The notes under the pieces: generated by a model
Databases searched by the model: none
What the model was told of the DNA's origin: nothing
Seen by the model: the letters and a program-made list of their open reading frames with translations, nothing else
Virus record (IMG/VR): IMGVR_UViG_2061766007_000731
Length of the DNA: 45,612 nt
Direction: 5' to 3' (one strand)
Origin: an uncultured virus (IMG/VR IMGVR_UViG_2061766007_000731)
Lineage: Duplodnaviria > Heunggongvirae > Uroviricota > Caudoviricetes
Shown here: positions 35,726 through 44,693 of the stretch, piece after piece
Layout of the letters: every line of letters begins with the position of its first letter
Position numbering within the stretch: the first letter of the stretch is position 1
Position numbers and translations under genes: made by a program

Positions 35726-36386
35726 TCAATTTTCTTTCCATTTTTTTCTATAACAAAATCAAGAAAATATTTTTTAGTAGAAAAATCTTCTCTGACATAA
35801 ACTATATTATGTTCATCTAGAACTTTCATTCAGAATTGTTCAGAATAAGATGTTATATTCCTAGATTGTCAACCAGAAAAACTTCCTGCTTGTTTTCTTT
35901 CTTCAACTTTATTTCTTAATTTTTGCTTTACTTCTGGATCAGAATTAGAACATTTGTTAGAACAATACTTAGCATTTGAATTTTTGGATAAGAATTCTTT
36001 ACCACAAATTTTACAAACACACTTAACTTTCAATTTCCTACTATTAGTTCTTGGAATAGATAAATATTCTTCTAAAGATAATCCTAATCTATTAGCATTT
36101 TTCTTTAATAAAGTTTCAGATATTTTCTTTTTCTGTTCTTTTGTAATAGATTCTCTTTGTTTATTATTATAACTAGCAGCACAAGACTGACAACAGAACT
36201 TTCTTTTAAATCTATCCTTCCCTTTAATCTCTTCGCCACAGTTTAGACAGTAAACTTTTCTAGTTTTATAATCTTGTATATGTTTTTCTAAATCAAAATT
36301 AAAATTGTCTAAACATCATTGACGTACTTTTTCTTGCATTTTACCATTAGTATAACTTTTATTAAATACTAATTTAATAGCTTCTG
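35726..36386 (-). CDS. free-standing Zn-finger + Vsr/DUF559-like endonuclease (both ends in N gaps; TGA=Trp)
   Basis: CLNCG..FCCQSC, CKICG..YCSNKC, SG*QSRNITSYSEQF*MKVL...YFLDFVI; in-frame TGA at 35869 and 35830. Confidence 0.65.
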
Positions 36387-36439
36387 NNNNNNNNNNNNNN
36401 NNNNNNNNNNNNNNNNNNNNNNNNNNNNNNNTTTACTTG

Positions 36440-36515
36440 TAGGGTAGACGAGGCTCGAACTCGCATAAATGTCTTCATCCCAAATGAAGCCGGTAACCAA
36501 TTACCGTACTACCCT
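36440..36515 (-). tRNA. tRNA-Pro(UGG)
   Basis: CUUCA-UUUGGGA-UGAAG; acceptor AGGGUAG/CUACCCU; GTTCGAGCC. Confidence 0.88.
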
Positions 36516-36520
36516 ATGTA

Positions 36521-36563
36521 AGAATTTAGTTCAAATGATTCTAGCCAACTGAACTAAATCCCG
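36521..36563 (-). pseudogene. tRNA 5'-half remnant folded back on itself
   Basis: CGGGATT-TA-GTTC-AGTTGGCTA-GAAT (acceptor strand + D arm) followed by TGAACTAAATTCT, complementary to its own 5' end. Confidence 0.55.
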
Positions 36564-36566
36564 TAG

Positions 36567-36638
36567 TAGCGGGAAATGGATTTGAACCATTGACCTTTAG
36601 CTTATGAGGCTAACAAGCTACCACTGCTCTATCCCGCT
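36567..36638 (-). tRNA. tRNA with CAU anticodon (Met; Ile2 not excluded)
   Basis: UUAGC-CUCAUAA-GCUAA; acceptor AGCGGGA/UCCCGCU; GTTCAAATC. Confidence 0.85.
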
Positions 36639-36976
36639 ATACATTCTTCCATTACAATTTTTACTATAATATCTAAATTCATCATTATTTGTTGATAAAT
36701 ATCCCATTTTTCTTCATGTTTTTGACATGGCCAATCAACTAAAATAATTTCATATTCACATCTACCCCAAAATTGATACATAGATTCATCTTTGACAAAT
36801 TGTTTAAATTCATCAAATGTAACTGGTACATCAAAATACTTATCATACTTATTATCAATTCTCTTATGATGAAAATCTATTCTCTTTTGATAACAATTTT
36901 TTAGATAAGGTATTATGTCATAAGCAATAAACTTCTGTCTATTACAATCGTAATTTATTACATTAAAACTTTTCAT
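36629..36976 (-). CDS. hypothetical protein
   Basis: YDIIPYL...YQFWGRCEYEIIL..WP...DIYQQI..N; stop codon lies inside the tRNA(CAU) 5' end. Confidence 0.7.
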   Translation of the reverse strand: MKSFNVINYDCNRQKFIAYDIIPYLKNCYQKRIDFHHKRIDNKYDKYFDVPVTFDEFKQFVKDESMYQFWGRCEYEIILVDWPCQKHEEKWDIYQQIMMNLDIIVKIVMEECIAG

Positions 36977-36991
36977 AATATTTAAAATTAG

Positions 36992-37076
36992 AGCCAGAAG
37001 CCGGATTCGAACCGACGGTGCGCATAAGCATCTTGATTACAAGTCAAGCGGAGTCGACCAGCTGTCCCATTCTGGC
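36992..37076 (-). tRNA. tRNA-Thr(UGU) with long variable region
   Basis: GCCAGAA/UUCUGGC with U73; CUUGA-CUUGUAA-UCAAG; 14-nt variable region; GTTCGAATC. Confidence 0.82.
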
Positions 37077-37108
37077 AAATTTCCCATTTATTCTCTGGGA
37101 ACAGGAGA

Positions 37109-38326
37109 TTAAATTAATTCAGTGGTATTAAAAATATGGTCTTCAATATCTGTACGTTCACCAATTAAATCACCAAGATTTCTTTGTATTTCTGTACATA
37201 ATTTACACTTAATTATGTTTTTAATAAGATCTTGTGAAATATCTTGTGGATAAATATTAACAACCAATTCTTCTAAATTAGATGGAATATATCCAGATTC
37301 TGAAGCAATTAATATTGCATTAAATATATAAATCCAAAAAATTATTTTATTAAGATTATAAGATGGTCTTAAAAATCTAAACTCAATAGTTTTTCCGGTA
37401 TTATAACATAATGCGTTTATAAAATTTACAAAAAAATACCTTGTATGAATATTCCATTTTCTTTCGTGTGCAATATCAGCAGGATGTGGTTGATGTAAAT
37501 CACCAAAATAATTTAATCCTACCATATACTTATATAATTGTTGAAAAGATGAAAATACCGTTGGTAGCATTTTACAATAATCTTTTCCAGTGTTTTTATA
37601 TAATGACGATTTAAATGTGTATTCAGGTACAATACTTGCAATTTGATTTTGCAAATTTACACAAATTTGATAAACATTAAATATAAAGTTAGGATCTAAT
37701 TTTATATTCCCTAAATGAATATGAAGTGAACAATTTTTATCAAAATATGTGTATTCTTTCATGGTATCGATTTGTTGTTTTAAAAGATTCAATCCATCGT
37801 TACCATCTAGAATAACAGTTGAATATTCGTTTCCACTAATAGATCCATCTCTTAATGGAATTAATCCGTCTCTAAAACATATATTCTCTGGAATAATTCC
37901 GGTTGCTGTTTCAAATTCAACACCTAATGTATATTTAAGAAAATGAGATAATTTAAAATCTATTTTATCATTGACAATTGTTTGTTTGTTTTTAAATAAG
38001 TTTAAGTGCTTATTTGCTCCATATTCTTTTATGAACGTATAATTATATCCAGTGGTGGCACCATATTTACAATATATAACTTCAGATTGATCAACCAATT
38101 CATCTAATAATTGATAAATACCAATAGATTTGTTAAAAACGACACGATTTTGAAATTTTTCTTTATTATACCAAAGACAAGTTCCATGATGGTTTAACTC
38201 AATTAGTTTACTAACATCTGTCGTATATTCGTAGATTTTAATACCATCTATAACATCATTGACAAAACGAATAGAACAATTTATATGTTCATACTTTTTA
38301 GTAAAAAAATCTTTAACCAAAGGCAT
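37109..38326 (-). CDS. putative amidoligase (COOH-NH2 ligase, glutamate-cysteine ligase fold)
   Basis: LGVEFE, DGSI.GNEYST, CSLHIH, RY..VN, TIEFR. Confidence 0.82.
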   Translation of the reverse strand: MPLVKDFFTKKYEHINCSIRFVNDVIDGIKIYEYTTDVSKLIELNHHGTCLWYNKEKFQNRVVFNKSIGIYQLLDELVDQSEVIYCKYGATTGYNYTFIKEYGANKHLNLFKNKQTIVNDKIDFKLSHFLKYTLGVEFETATGIIPENICFRDGLIPLRDGSISGNEYSTVILDGNDGLNLLKQQIDTMKEYTYFDKNCSLHIHLGNIKLDPNFIFNVYQICVNLQNQIASIVPEYTFKSSLYKNTGKDYCKMLPTVFSSFQQLYKYMVGLNYFGDLHQPHPADIAHERKWNIHTRYFFVNFINALCYNTGKTIEFRFLRPSYNLNKIIFWIYIFNAILIASESGYIPSNLEELVVNIYPQDISQDLIKNIIKCKLCTEIQRNLGDLIGERTDIEDHIFNTTELI

Positions 38327-38338
38327 AATTTAAATCTC

Positions 38339-39439
38339 CTATTTTTGTTCTATAAATTTAGACTTACTAAAAACTAAATCATAGTCTTGGTTAAAAACAC
38401 TTTTTATACATTTACCACTATTAAATTCTCTAATAGAAGATCGTCCTAAAACATAAATCTGTCCAGTAAATGGTATATATCCAATTTCAGAAATTGCTAC
38501 ATAAGCATTATTGTTTTCAATAAAAACTTTATCTGTAGAATAAAATCTAATAAATGTAATATTGCGCTTTATAAATTCATCTAATGTTAATCCAGATTTT
38601 TTATACTTTTTATTAATTATNNNNNNNNNNNNNNNNNNNNNNNNNNNNNNNNNNNNNNNNNNNNNNNNNNNNNNNNNNNNNNNNNNNNNNNNNNNNNNNN
38701 NNNNNNNNNNNNNNNNNNNNNNNNNNNNNNNNNNNNNNNNNNNNNNNNNNNNNNNNNNNNNNNNNNNNNNNNNNNNNNNNNNNNNNNNNNNNNNNNNNNN
38801 NNNNNNNNNNNNNNNNNNNNNNNNNNNNNNNNNNNNNNNNNNNNNNNNNNNNNNNNNNNNNNNNNNNNNNNNNNNNNNNNNNNNNNNNNNNNNNNNNNNN
38901 NNNNNNNNNNNNNNNNNNNNNNNNNNNNNNNNNNNNNNNNNNTAACCTTTTCTATAGTCCACAGCTACAAAAGCTGTACCTCCATTATATTTATCTAAAA
39001 CATCAAATCCATTATAATATAAAATTAAAGCCAAAACTTGAGAATCTGATAATTTATCGTAATCGACTTTAGGAATAAATTCTTTTGCTAGGTCTTCATA
39101 ATTATGAATAGTTCCATTGTGAACTAATACAAAATCAATATCACCTTTTTCATTCTTAATTATAATAGGATGCGCTTTTTCAACAGTAATTCCACCTATA
39201 CTAGCTTTTCTATCATGTCCTAACGCGATTTCGCAAATTTTTGTATTATTCAGTAATTCACTATCCCAAAAAAACTCTTCAAACAAAGCTTTTTGGCCAA
39301 TACCGTATTCTACTTTACCATCAATAAAAACTCCACATGAGTCACCTCCTCGACGATCGTTAGTAATACCAAGTATTTCAAAAATATCTTTTCTAAAAGC
39401 TTTAGGACCGTTGTTTATAATTCCATAAAGACCACACAT
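38339..39439 (-). CDS. class II (Ntn) glutamine amidotransferase
   Basis: MCGLYG, RGGDSCG, GHDRKAS, AHP, HNGTI.N, SDSQ. Confidence 0.88.
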   Translation of the reverse strand: MCGLYGIINNGPKAFRKDIFEILGITNDRRGGDSCGVFIDGKVEYGIGQKALFEEFFWDSELLNNTKICEIALGHDRKASIGGITVEKAHPIIIKNEKGDIDFVLVHNGTIHNYEDLAKEFIPKVDYDKLSDSQVLALILYYNGFDVLDKYNGGTAFVAVDYRKGXXXXXXXXXXXXXXXXXXXXXXXXXXXXXXXXXXXXXXXXXXXXXXXXXXXXXXXXXXXXXXXXXXXXXXXXXXXXXXXXXXXXXXXXXXXXXXXXXXXXXXXXXXXXIINKKYKKSGLTLDEFIKRNITFIRFYSTDKVFIENNNAYVAISEIGYIPFTGQIYVLGRSSIREFNSGKCIKSVFNQDYDLVFSKSKFIEQK

Positions 39440-39440
39440 G

Positions 39441-41800
39441 TTAGTAAAGTAAATGATATTTTTTAATTAATTGTGTAGCTAATTCTACATCACCATTATT
39501 AATAGCGGTATTTATATATGAAGGATCTGGCAATAAAAAAGAGTTATTATAACTACTAATAGCTTTCATTACTTGCGTATATACAAATTCTATTAATTCT
39601 GGACTTTCCATCATTGCACTAGATAGACTACGATATTCAAACATCTTGGTTCTCTCCAAGATAAGACTTTACCTTCATCTTCAGCATTACCTGTTAAGAG
39701 TCTCCCGTCAAGTCGTTACACCTTCCTCTATTAAGAAGCTTGGCTCGGTATTCCTTCTGCTGGTTCACCGAATTTGAGAGATCTTCGAATATTATTTCTA
39801 ATATTCTGGGCCTTATCATATTTTCTTTTTAGAAAATAATGAGCAGAATCGTATAAATAGTCAAAAANNNNNNNNNNNNNNNNNNNNNNNNNNNNNNNNN
39901 NNNNNNNNNNNNNNNNNNNNNNNNNNNNNNNNNNNNNNNNNNNNNNNNNNNNNNNNNNNNNNNNNNNNNNNNNNNNNNNNNNNNNNNNNNNNNNNNNNNN
40001 NNNNNNNNNNNNNNNNNNNNNNNNNNNNNNNNNNNNNNNNNNNNNNNNNNNNNNNNNNNNNNNNNNNNNNNNNNNNNNNNNNNNNNNNNNNNNNNNNNNN
40101 NNNNNNNNNNNNNNNNNNNNNNNNNNNNNNNNNNNNNNNNNNNNNNNNNNNNNNNNNNNNNNNNNNNNNNNNNNNNNNNNNNNNNNNNNNNNNNNNNNNN
40201 NNNNNNNNNNNNNNNNNNNNNNNNNNNNNNNNNNNNNNNNNNNNNNNNNNNNNNNNNNNNNNNNNNNNNNNNNNNNNNNNNNNNNNNNNNNNNNNNNNNN
40301 NNNNNNNNNNNNNNNNNNNNNNATTTTGATTAATATATCCACAATGAATATGAACAAATTTGTTATCTTATAGGCTTTTTATCCTATAATTCTTACAGTC
40401 TAGCTATTCTGTAAGTTCAGCATATATTTTCATCCTATATATTATATAGGAGTAATTCACTCTTGGGGATATTTTATTCTCTTTCGAGGTTCAATCCCTA
40501 TGCGTTANNNNNNNNNNNNNNNNNNNNNNNNNNNNNNNNNNNNNNNNNNNNNNNNNGATATGCTTTAATTTTATTATATTTTCTAATCATATAAATTTCA
40601 GCATTTTCGTATAAGAAATTATATAATTTTTGTATTTTTTGAGGTTTATCTTTATTATTAGCCGATCATCTTAAATGATAATATTTACAAGTTTTTCCTT
40701 GTTTTTCATATAATTTATATGTTAAACCAGTATATTTGTTAATTAATTCACCAACTTGTATTATTCAGGTTTTATTTGGACTAACAATAGAAGGAGTAAA
40801 TATTCCATCGTGTTGTTCAAAGGAACCATCACCATCTATATATCCTCTAATTAACGCGCCTCAATATTTTTCTGATATTTTGTCAAACGGAAAATTAAAA
40901 TTAGTAAAAGTTTTATTTGGACCTAAATTATAGTTAGCAATATCATTTACCATATCTTTGGAAGTTCATCGTAATCGCACTTGAGTTTTACGTTTTATAT
41001 ATCCGTTTTGATAATTATATTTACTAACTTTTAAATCTCCTAGTTCTTTTGCTAATTCTTCTAATATATACCCGTCTTCTTCTTGTATATTAAAAGAAAA
41101 TCTTCCGTTACATCGTTGTTTTTTATTTATAGTTACACAACCATCTGCAATAAAAAACCCTAAAAAATAGGCTTTTTTATCACTATTTATTTCAGAAAAA
41201 TAATTTACATTCATAATTGTAATTTTAAAAATTAAAAATCTCTTGCTGGTGTAAATATACACATTAATCTTTAAAATTACAAATAATTTCTTATAGTTTT
41301 TTTTGCTTCTCGTCTACCGTTTTTGAATTATTCTTAGTATTAGTTACCTAATACAAGGGCCTCACATTGACCCCGCACCACGACCATTTGAACTTTTTGC
41401 CTCTGGTTTAGGATTTGCTTTCATTGTGTACACATTGTAATCAGGATCACAACNNNNNNNNNNNNNNNNNNNNNNNNNNNNNNNNNATCTTCATCAACTA
41501 TTTCATAAGCGGAACATTTAATATCGTAATTTGAATTAATTCGTTTGACAAAACAACGAATATAATTTTTCATATATTCAATATTATGTATCCATTCTTC
41601 AACAGTCCTACATGGAGGAATATTAAATTCAGCTAAAATATTATCAGTTTCANNNNNNNNNNNNNNNNNNNNNNNNNNNNNNNNNNNNNNNNNNNNNNNN
41701 NNNNNNNNNNNNNNNNNNCAGAAGATACAATTTTATTAGTAGATGTATCAATAATAAATAATTCAGGATCTGCTCCTAGAGTAATTGATTGTACGTACAT
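39441..41800 (-). CDS. phiEco32-like COOH-NH2 ligase type 2, 3 exons (41800-41370, 40354-gap, 39641-39441)
   Basis: LGADPE, DNILAEFNIPP, CDPDYN, RGAGF^HIHCG, EYRSLS. Confidence 0.85.
39642..39866 (-). mobile_element. group I intron (ligase intron 2) with the C-terminus of a probable LAGLIDADG ORF; 5' part in N gap
   Basis: AAATTCGGTGAA, AATACCGAGCCAAG, GTAACGACTTG, AAGGTAAAGTCT; terminal G at 39642; upstream frame YLYDSAHYFLKRKY. Confidence 0.82.
40557..41214 (-). CDS. intron-encoded LAGLIDADG endonuclease (TGA=Trp)
   Basis: KAYFLGFFIADG and ALIRGYIDGDGS motifs; YNFLYENA..MIRKY. Confidence 0.87.
41252..41283 (-). promoter_or_regulatory. intron-internal Bacteroidota-type promoter (1 mismatch)
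   Basis: TTTG-N20-TATATTTA about 40 nt upstream of the ATG at 41214. Confidence 0.55.
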
Positions 41801-42311
41801 GTTAAATAATTAATATATTCAGAAATAGATGTTTTTGAAATGTACTGTGGATTTAATCCTAGTAATAAACAAAATGGTTTTTCTTCGGATTTTAATANNN
41901 NNNNNNNNNNNNNNNNNNNNNNNNNNNNNNNNNNNNNNNNNNNNNNNNNNNNNNNNNNNNNNNNNNNNNNNNNNNNNNNNNNNNNNNNNNNNNNNNTGGT
42001 ACGCATTCATATATTACGTCATCTGTCGTATTATGTACTTGAAGAGAGTTATTTTTATAACATTGCTTTATAGAACTTTCTTTAAAAATATAAGTCCCCC
42101 CATAACGCTTAATAAGAAATTCTAATCCTGTTTCTTCAATTCCTATTACCAATTTATCCTTTGAAATTTTATTAAACTTCATTGCAGCGGATCTATAATT
42201 GAAATGATTAGAAAATATAACAATATCCGCGTTTGATACATCTGCAACAAGTTCAAAATTTGCTAAAAAGTTAAAATACTCTGGATTATTTCCAATTATC
42301 GCTACTTTCAT
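41776..42311 (-). CDS. degenerate class I glutamine amidotransferase-like protein
   Basis: MKVAIIGN...ELV.DV..ADIVIF parallels the N-terminus of 42893-43509 but lacks GGED and the catalytic Cys. Confidence 0.5.
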
Positions 42312-42892
42312 GATTTTTAATTATATGATAAGCTTTAATATAAATAGGACAATTCTTGTTAAAAAGTTCTAAGTTAATTTCATCAAAATCTGAAGGTAAT
42401 TCGCACTGAGGTATGTCTGCTCTANNNNNNNNNNNNNNNNNNNNNNNNNNNNNNNNNNNNNNNNNNNNNNTGCTAATAATGTCTTTCTTTCGAAGAATTG
42501 TCAAATCTGTTCCAAAAGTATGAATATTAACATTAAAACTATCTTTGTGAACAGAAGCTATTACATTAAAAAGATTTATAATAGATTCANNNNNNNNNNN
42601 NNNNNNNNNNNNNNNNNNNNNNNNNNNNNNNNNNNNNNNNNNNNNNNNNNNNNNNNNNNNNNNNNNNNNNNNNNNNNNNNNNNNNNNNNNNNNNNNNNNN
42701 NNNNNNNNNNNNNNNNNNNNNNNNNNNNNNNNNNNNNNNNNNNNNNNNNNNNNNNNNNNNNNNNNNNNNNNNNNNNNNNNNNNNNNNNNNNNNNNNNNNN
42801 NNNNNNNNNNNNNNNNNNNNCAGATTCGTGAATATCAAAGTCTTTTGATTTATGTTCTGAAGATCCATATCTTACATGATAACCATATACAT

Positions 42893-43509
42893 TTAACGGA
42901 TGCATTGTAGTATAAGATTATTTAACATATCATGAAGTTCGTCGTATTCCATCATTTCGGGATGGCCTTGAATTCCAAGACATATTGGTTTGTTTAATTT
43001 ATGATAAATTGTAATTTCCGGTTCTTTTATAATTTTATTTGGATCAATTTTATCACCTTCATATTTAGTAGAACGATGATTTGCCCAAAATAATATTTCA
43101 TAATCATTTTTATCAAGATCAAATGGATNNNNNNNNNNNNNNNNNNNNNNNNNGTTATTTGATATTTTTCACCTTTAGAATTAACAATTTCATGAGTTCC
43201 CCAAATAGCATGGTTATTACAATTTTGAACTAACTTACCTCCGTTAAGACAACAAAGCAATTGAGACCCACGGCAAACTCCTACAACTAATTGATTTATA
43301 GACACTTGATCAAATATTTCTTTTTCATAAGCATCTCTATTAGGATAACAATATGTTGTAGGATGCTTTTTACATCCATAAAAACTAGGAGTTACATCTT
43401 CACCTCCTGTAAAGAAAACTATGTTAGCTTCTTTAATGTTAGAGACTAATTCACAATTTTTAATCCATTTTGTGTAATCAGTCATATTACCAACAACAAA
43501 TACTTTCAT
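42893..43509 (-). CDS. class I glutamine amidotransferase / peptidase C26
   Basis: FTGGEDV, GVCRGSQLL, GG.LVQ, GIQGHPE. Confidence 0.88.
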
Positions 43510-43571
43510 ATCTTCTTTATTAAAAATAAAGAAAATGCCCACAGTACATTTTCTTTATTTATTTTCAGTTA

Positions 43572-44612
43572 TTAGTCCTCGTTTTCATTTTCAACTACTT
43601 CAGCTACAGGAATGTTAGCAGGAGTTGGGGCAAATATGTTACCAAAAGGATTTTGTCCGCCATTAAGCATGGAGAACATTAACATATCCTTAATATCAAA
43701 ATCACCGTCTCCAGCCATAAGAGCAAAAAGCATCGGATTTTGAGTAAGAGTTCCGCCATTCTGCGTCATCATCATTAAAGGAAGAAGAGACGAATTTTCA
43801 TCATCCTTAGAAAGAGCAAGAAGCATCAAAGGATTCAACTGACCGTCAACAAGACCAGTATAAGAAATTACTACACGAACTGTAGCTTGACCAAGAAGGA
43901 AGTCCTTAATAGGATAAATGTTAGATCCATTGCCAGTATAACCAACAACGCAAATCTTACCATCTTTAATGCTCTTTACTTTAGCATAGGACTTTGAACG
44001 ACAAATAACATCACCAGGTTTAAGTTGTTCAAATGGCTTAGCAATGGTGTAAGCGGGTACAGGAAGAACTGCTTCTACAGGATAAGAAACAAGTTTAAAA
44101 TTATTATCGATGGCGACATAACCTTCTGTGGTTTCGACACAAATATTGCCATCCATGGCAATACGAACGTCAGTTGCTTCCGTAGGATAGAACTGTGCCT
44201 TAAGACGTTCACCAAAATTCTTAAAGGAATTCTTCATCTCAGGTTTTGAATTTGTTGTGTTAGTTTTTGAAAGTAAAGGCTTAGCGTATTGACACCAAGT
44301 CTCAAATTTAATACGATTCTTGACAGACGTAATATTAGCTTTCTTCAGGTTATAATTACGAGCAAGATTGTCAATATAAGCGGCGTCCTCACCAGTAAGC
44401 TGATCTACAGGACGATCGAAGGTTTTGAGAACATACAGACTATTACCTTTATCAGTACGAAGATTGTCACCAACCTGTACATTTTCAAGATAACTATTAA
44501 GGCCAACCTCAGCGATATAAAACTTAGGCTTGCCCTTTGCAAAAGCAATAACTTGCTCTAAATTTTTAGGCTCAAAACCAATGTTAGAAGTGTAAATAAT
44601 AATACGATTCAT
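43572..44612 (-). CDS. hypothetical protein with Met/Leu-rich C-terminal repeats
   Basis: Intact 346-aa ORF; NPLMLLAL, LLPLMMM, NPMLFALM, DMLMFSML. Confidence 0.8.
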   Translation of the reverse strand: MNRIIIYTSNIGFEPKNLEQVIAFAKGKPKFYIAEVGLNSYLENVQVGDNLRTDKGNSLYVLKTFDRPVDQLTGEDAAYIDNLARNYNLKKANITSVKNRIKFETWCQYAKPLLSKTNTTNSKPEMKNSFKNFGERLKAQFYPTEATDVRIAMDGNICVETTEGYVAIDNNFKLVSYPVEAVLPVPAYTIAKPFEQLKPGDVICRSKSYAKVKSIKDGKICVVGYTGNGSNIYPIKDFLLGQATVRVVISYTGLVDGQLNPLMLLALSKDDENSSLLPLMMMTQNGGTLTQNPMLFALMAGDGDFDIKDMLMFSMLNGGQNPFGNIFAPTPANIPVAEVVENENED

Positions 44613-44693
44613 ATAAGTCTATTGTATTTTTAAATAAAGAATCTATACTGTGGACATAGATCTTTGTTGTTAATAATTCCGTTAATATTTTAG

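Larger units (their letters stand above)
40355..41369 (-). mobile_element. group I intron (ligase intron 1)
   Basis: Removal gives GGG T^TT CAT ATT CAT; P1 GGGU/GCCC; variant P7 GCAUA/UAUGC; terminal G at 40355. Confidence 0.82.

Noticed and set aside
24712..38341. TAG-to-Gln recoding
   Set aside because: TAG appears at plausible gene ends (24712, 34172, 34854, 36629, 38339), and I saw no conserved gene interrupted by in-frame TAG.
14124..42905. Long ORFs bridging N runs (e.g. 14124-15125, 31264-32670, 33278-33724, 39731-40357) as fusion proteins
   Set aside because: These are artefacts of translating through N; the two sides belong to different genes or to exon vs intron.
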